Assembly (NCBI RefSeq): GCF_004010195.1 | Contig: NC_057753.1 | Span: 14,297,937-14,361,936, forward strand | Direction: 5' to 3' | DNA: 64,000 nt | Origin: Chiloscyllium plagiosum | Taxonomy: Eukaryota | Shown here: positions 61,420 to 64,000 of the stretch, piece by piece | Layout of the letters: each line of letters starts with the position of its first letter | How positions within the stretch are numbered: the first letter of the stretch is position 1 | The notes under the pieces: model-generated | The model's input: only the letters and a program-made list of their open reading frames with translations | Database searches by the model: none | Told to the model about the DNA's origin: nothing | Program-made: the position numbers and the translations under genes

Positions 61420-64000
61420 TTTTTTTTAAATTGACCCATGTTGTTGGATGTGGGCATCGCTGGCTCAGCAGTATTTATTGCCCATCCATAGATGCCCTGG
61501 AGAAGCTGGTGATGAACTGCCTTCTTAAACTGCTGCAGTCCACCACTGTGGATTGACCCACACTGCAGTAGGGAGGGAATTCCATGATTTTGACCAGAGG
61601 CAGTGAAGGAAAGGCGATACATTTCCAAGTCAGGATAGTGAGTGACTTGGAGTGGAACTTGAAGCTGGCGGTGACCCCACCTATCTGCTGCCTTTGTCTT
61701 TCTAGATGGAAGCGGTCATGAGTTTGGAAGATGCTGTCTGAGAATCCTTTTTTAATCATGCAGTCCATCTTGCAGATAGTGCACACTACTGCTACTGAGC
61801 GACTGAGTGGTGGAGGGAATGGATGTTTGTGGATGCACTGCCTATCAAACAGGCTGCTTTGCCCTGGGTGGTGTCAAGCTTCTTGAATATAGTTGGCGCT
61901 GCACCCGTCCAGGAAAGTAAAGAGTGTTCCATCACACTCTTGACTTGTGCTTTGTCTATGCTGGACGGCATTAGGGGTGTCAGGAAGTGACTTACTCACC
62001 GGAATATTCGTAGCCTCTGACCTGATTTTGCAGCCACTGGCTTCATGTGGCGAGTACAGTTGAGCTTCTGGTCAATGGGAATACTCAGGCTGTTTGTATT
62101 GGGCGAGTAAGTGATCACAACACTATTAAATATATGGGGTAGTGGTTGGATTGTCTCTTACTGGTGATGGTCATAGCCTGTGGTCTGTGGCGCGAATGTT
62201 ACTTGCTATATATCTAACAAAGATTGCATATGAGCCTGACCTTGGTGCGTTTGGACACGGACTGCTTCAGCATCTGAGGAGTCACAAGTGGTGCTAAAAT
62301 GTCTGAATTCGTCCCCAGTTCTGACCTTATGATGGAGGGATGGTCATTGATGAAACAGCTGAGGATGGTTGGTCCGGGGACTCAACCCTGAGGAACTCCT
62401 ACCAATATGCCCTTGAGACGAGATGACTAAGCTCCAACAACCACAACCATCCTCCTATGCATCAGATATGAATCTAATCACCAGAGAGTTTGCCCATTGA
62501 TACCTGGGCAGCACGGTGGCTCAGTGGCTAGCATTGCTGCCTCAAAGCCCCAGGGGCACGAATTCGATTCTAGGCTCGGGCGAGCCTCTGTGTGGAGTTT
62601 TTACATTCTCCCCGTGTCTATGTTGGCTAAATTGCCCATAGTGTTCAGGCATGTGCAGGTGAGGTGCACTGGCAAGGCCGAATGAGTTTGGGTGGGATAC
62701 TCGTCGGAGTGACAATGTGGACTTATTGGACTGAAGGGTCTGTTTCCATACTGTAGGGATTCTATGGCCCAATGCCTCCAACTTTGATAGGCCCCTTGAT
62801 GCCACACTCGGTCGAATGAAATCCTGACGTCAAGGGCTGTCACTCTCACTTCATCTCTGCAATTCAATTTTTTTTTCTCCATGTTTGACGCAAGGCTGTG
62901 ATGAGAACAGGAGTTGAGTGTCGCTGGACGAACCAAATCTGGGCTTCAGTGAGCAAGTCATTGCTGAGCAGGTGCTGCTTGATAGGACTGGGGATGATAA
63001 CTTCCATCACTTTACTGAGGATCGAAAGTTGACTGATGAGGCGGTAATCGGCCAGTTCTTGATTTGTCTTTTTTTTTATGTACAGGGCATATTTTGGCAA
63101 TGTTCCACATTGTCGAATAAAGGCCAGTGTTGTAACTGTACTGGGGCAGCTTGCCTGGGGGAGTGACACCTTCTGGAGTACAAGTCTTCAGTCCTATTCT
63201 TAGCATATTCTAAGGGCCAATATCCATTGCAGCATCCAGTGACTCCAGCTGTTTCTTGATTTCACGTGGAGTGAATCGAATTGGCTGAAGACTAGCATCT
63301 GTAATGCTGGGAGCCACTGGAATACAAGATGTATCATTAACTTGGCAATTCTGGCTGAAGACTGATGCGAAGGCTTTAGCCTTACTTTTTGCACTGATGT
63401 GCTGAGTTCCTCCATCATTGAGGACGGGGATTTTGCAGAACCACCTCGTACAGTGTCTTATTTAATTGTCCAGCACCTTTCACGAATGGTTCTCACAGCA
63501 AGCCAGAGATTAGATCTGATGCATTGCTTGTAGGATCACTTAGCTCTGTCTGTCACTTTCTTCTTACGTTGCTTGGTACGCTGTGTGGTAGCTTCAGAGG
63601 TTTGGCACATCTGCTTCATGTATGCCTGTTGTCGCTCCTGACATGTCCTCCTACACTCTCCATTGAACCAGAATTGATCCCTTGGTTTGATGGGATTGCT
63701 TTAAGTGACGGATTTGCTGGCCCATCAGGTTACAGATTGCGCTGGAGGAAAGTTCTGCTATGGCCCATAGCGCCTCATGGATGCCCTTCCTTGAGTTGGT
63801 AGTTCTGTTCAAAGTCTGTTCAAATTAGCATTGGGATAGTGCTACACAAAACGATGGAGGCTATTCTCAATGTGAAGGCGGCACTTCATCTCGACAAAGA
63901 CTGTGAATTGGTTGCTCTTACCGATACTGTCATGGACAGATGCATTCGCAGTTGGAGACTGGCAAGGATAATGCATGATTTTCCTTCTTGTTTATTCTAT
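61420..64000 (-). mobile_element. CR1/L2-clade LINE, degenerate, running off the window
   Basis: WNIAKICPVHKK, ADYRLISQLSILSKVME and VRVTALDVRISFDRVWHQG. Confidence 0.8.
62505..62767 (+). mobile_element. tRNA-derived SINE nested in a LINE
   Basis: GGGCAGCACGGTGGCTCAGTGGCTAGC head and CR1-like tail. Confidence 0.75.

Overview
Vertebrate genomic DNA, almost certainly a cartilaginous fish (shark): it carries CR1 and Rex1-type LINEs, HE1-type tRNA SINEs and Penelope-like elements (PLEs). The window is part of an antigen-receptor V-gene array, most likely the TCR alpha/delta locus. It is built from about 6-7 tandemly duplicated, partly deleted cassettes of roughly 7-10 kb. Each cassette mixes an immunoglobulin heavy-chain-like V segment (shark VH/TAILV-type, minus strand) with several TCR-type V families on both strands. 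Three Ig-like V segments are fully intact, with a 43-nt leader exon, GT/AG intron, 303-nt V exon and 23-bp-spacer RSS: 13597-14067, 40726-41198 and 53583-54056. Four more are pseudogenes or relics. Every TCR-type V I could find is dead, often by lesions shared between copies. I saw no D, J or C segments, so this does not look like a classical shark V-D-D-J-C IgH cluster. The Ig-like V family has a derived FR2 (W-Y/F-x-E-R-P-G-N-G) and a conserved composite promoter. Several young, fold-back PLE insertions have 11-15 bp target-site duplications, and several carry minimal hammerhead-ribozyme cores; their empty sites are visible in paralogous cassettes. All calls are by eye from the sequence and ORF track; no database searches were run.
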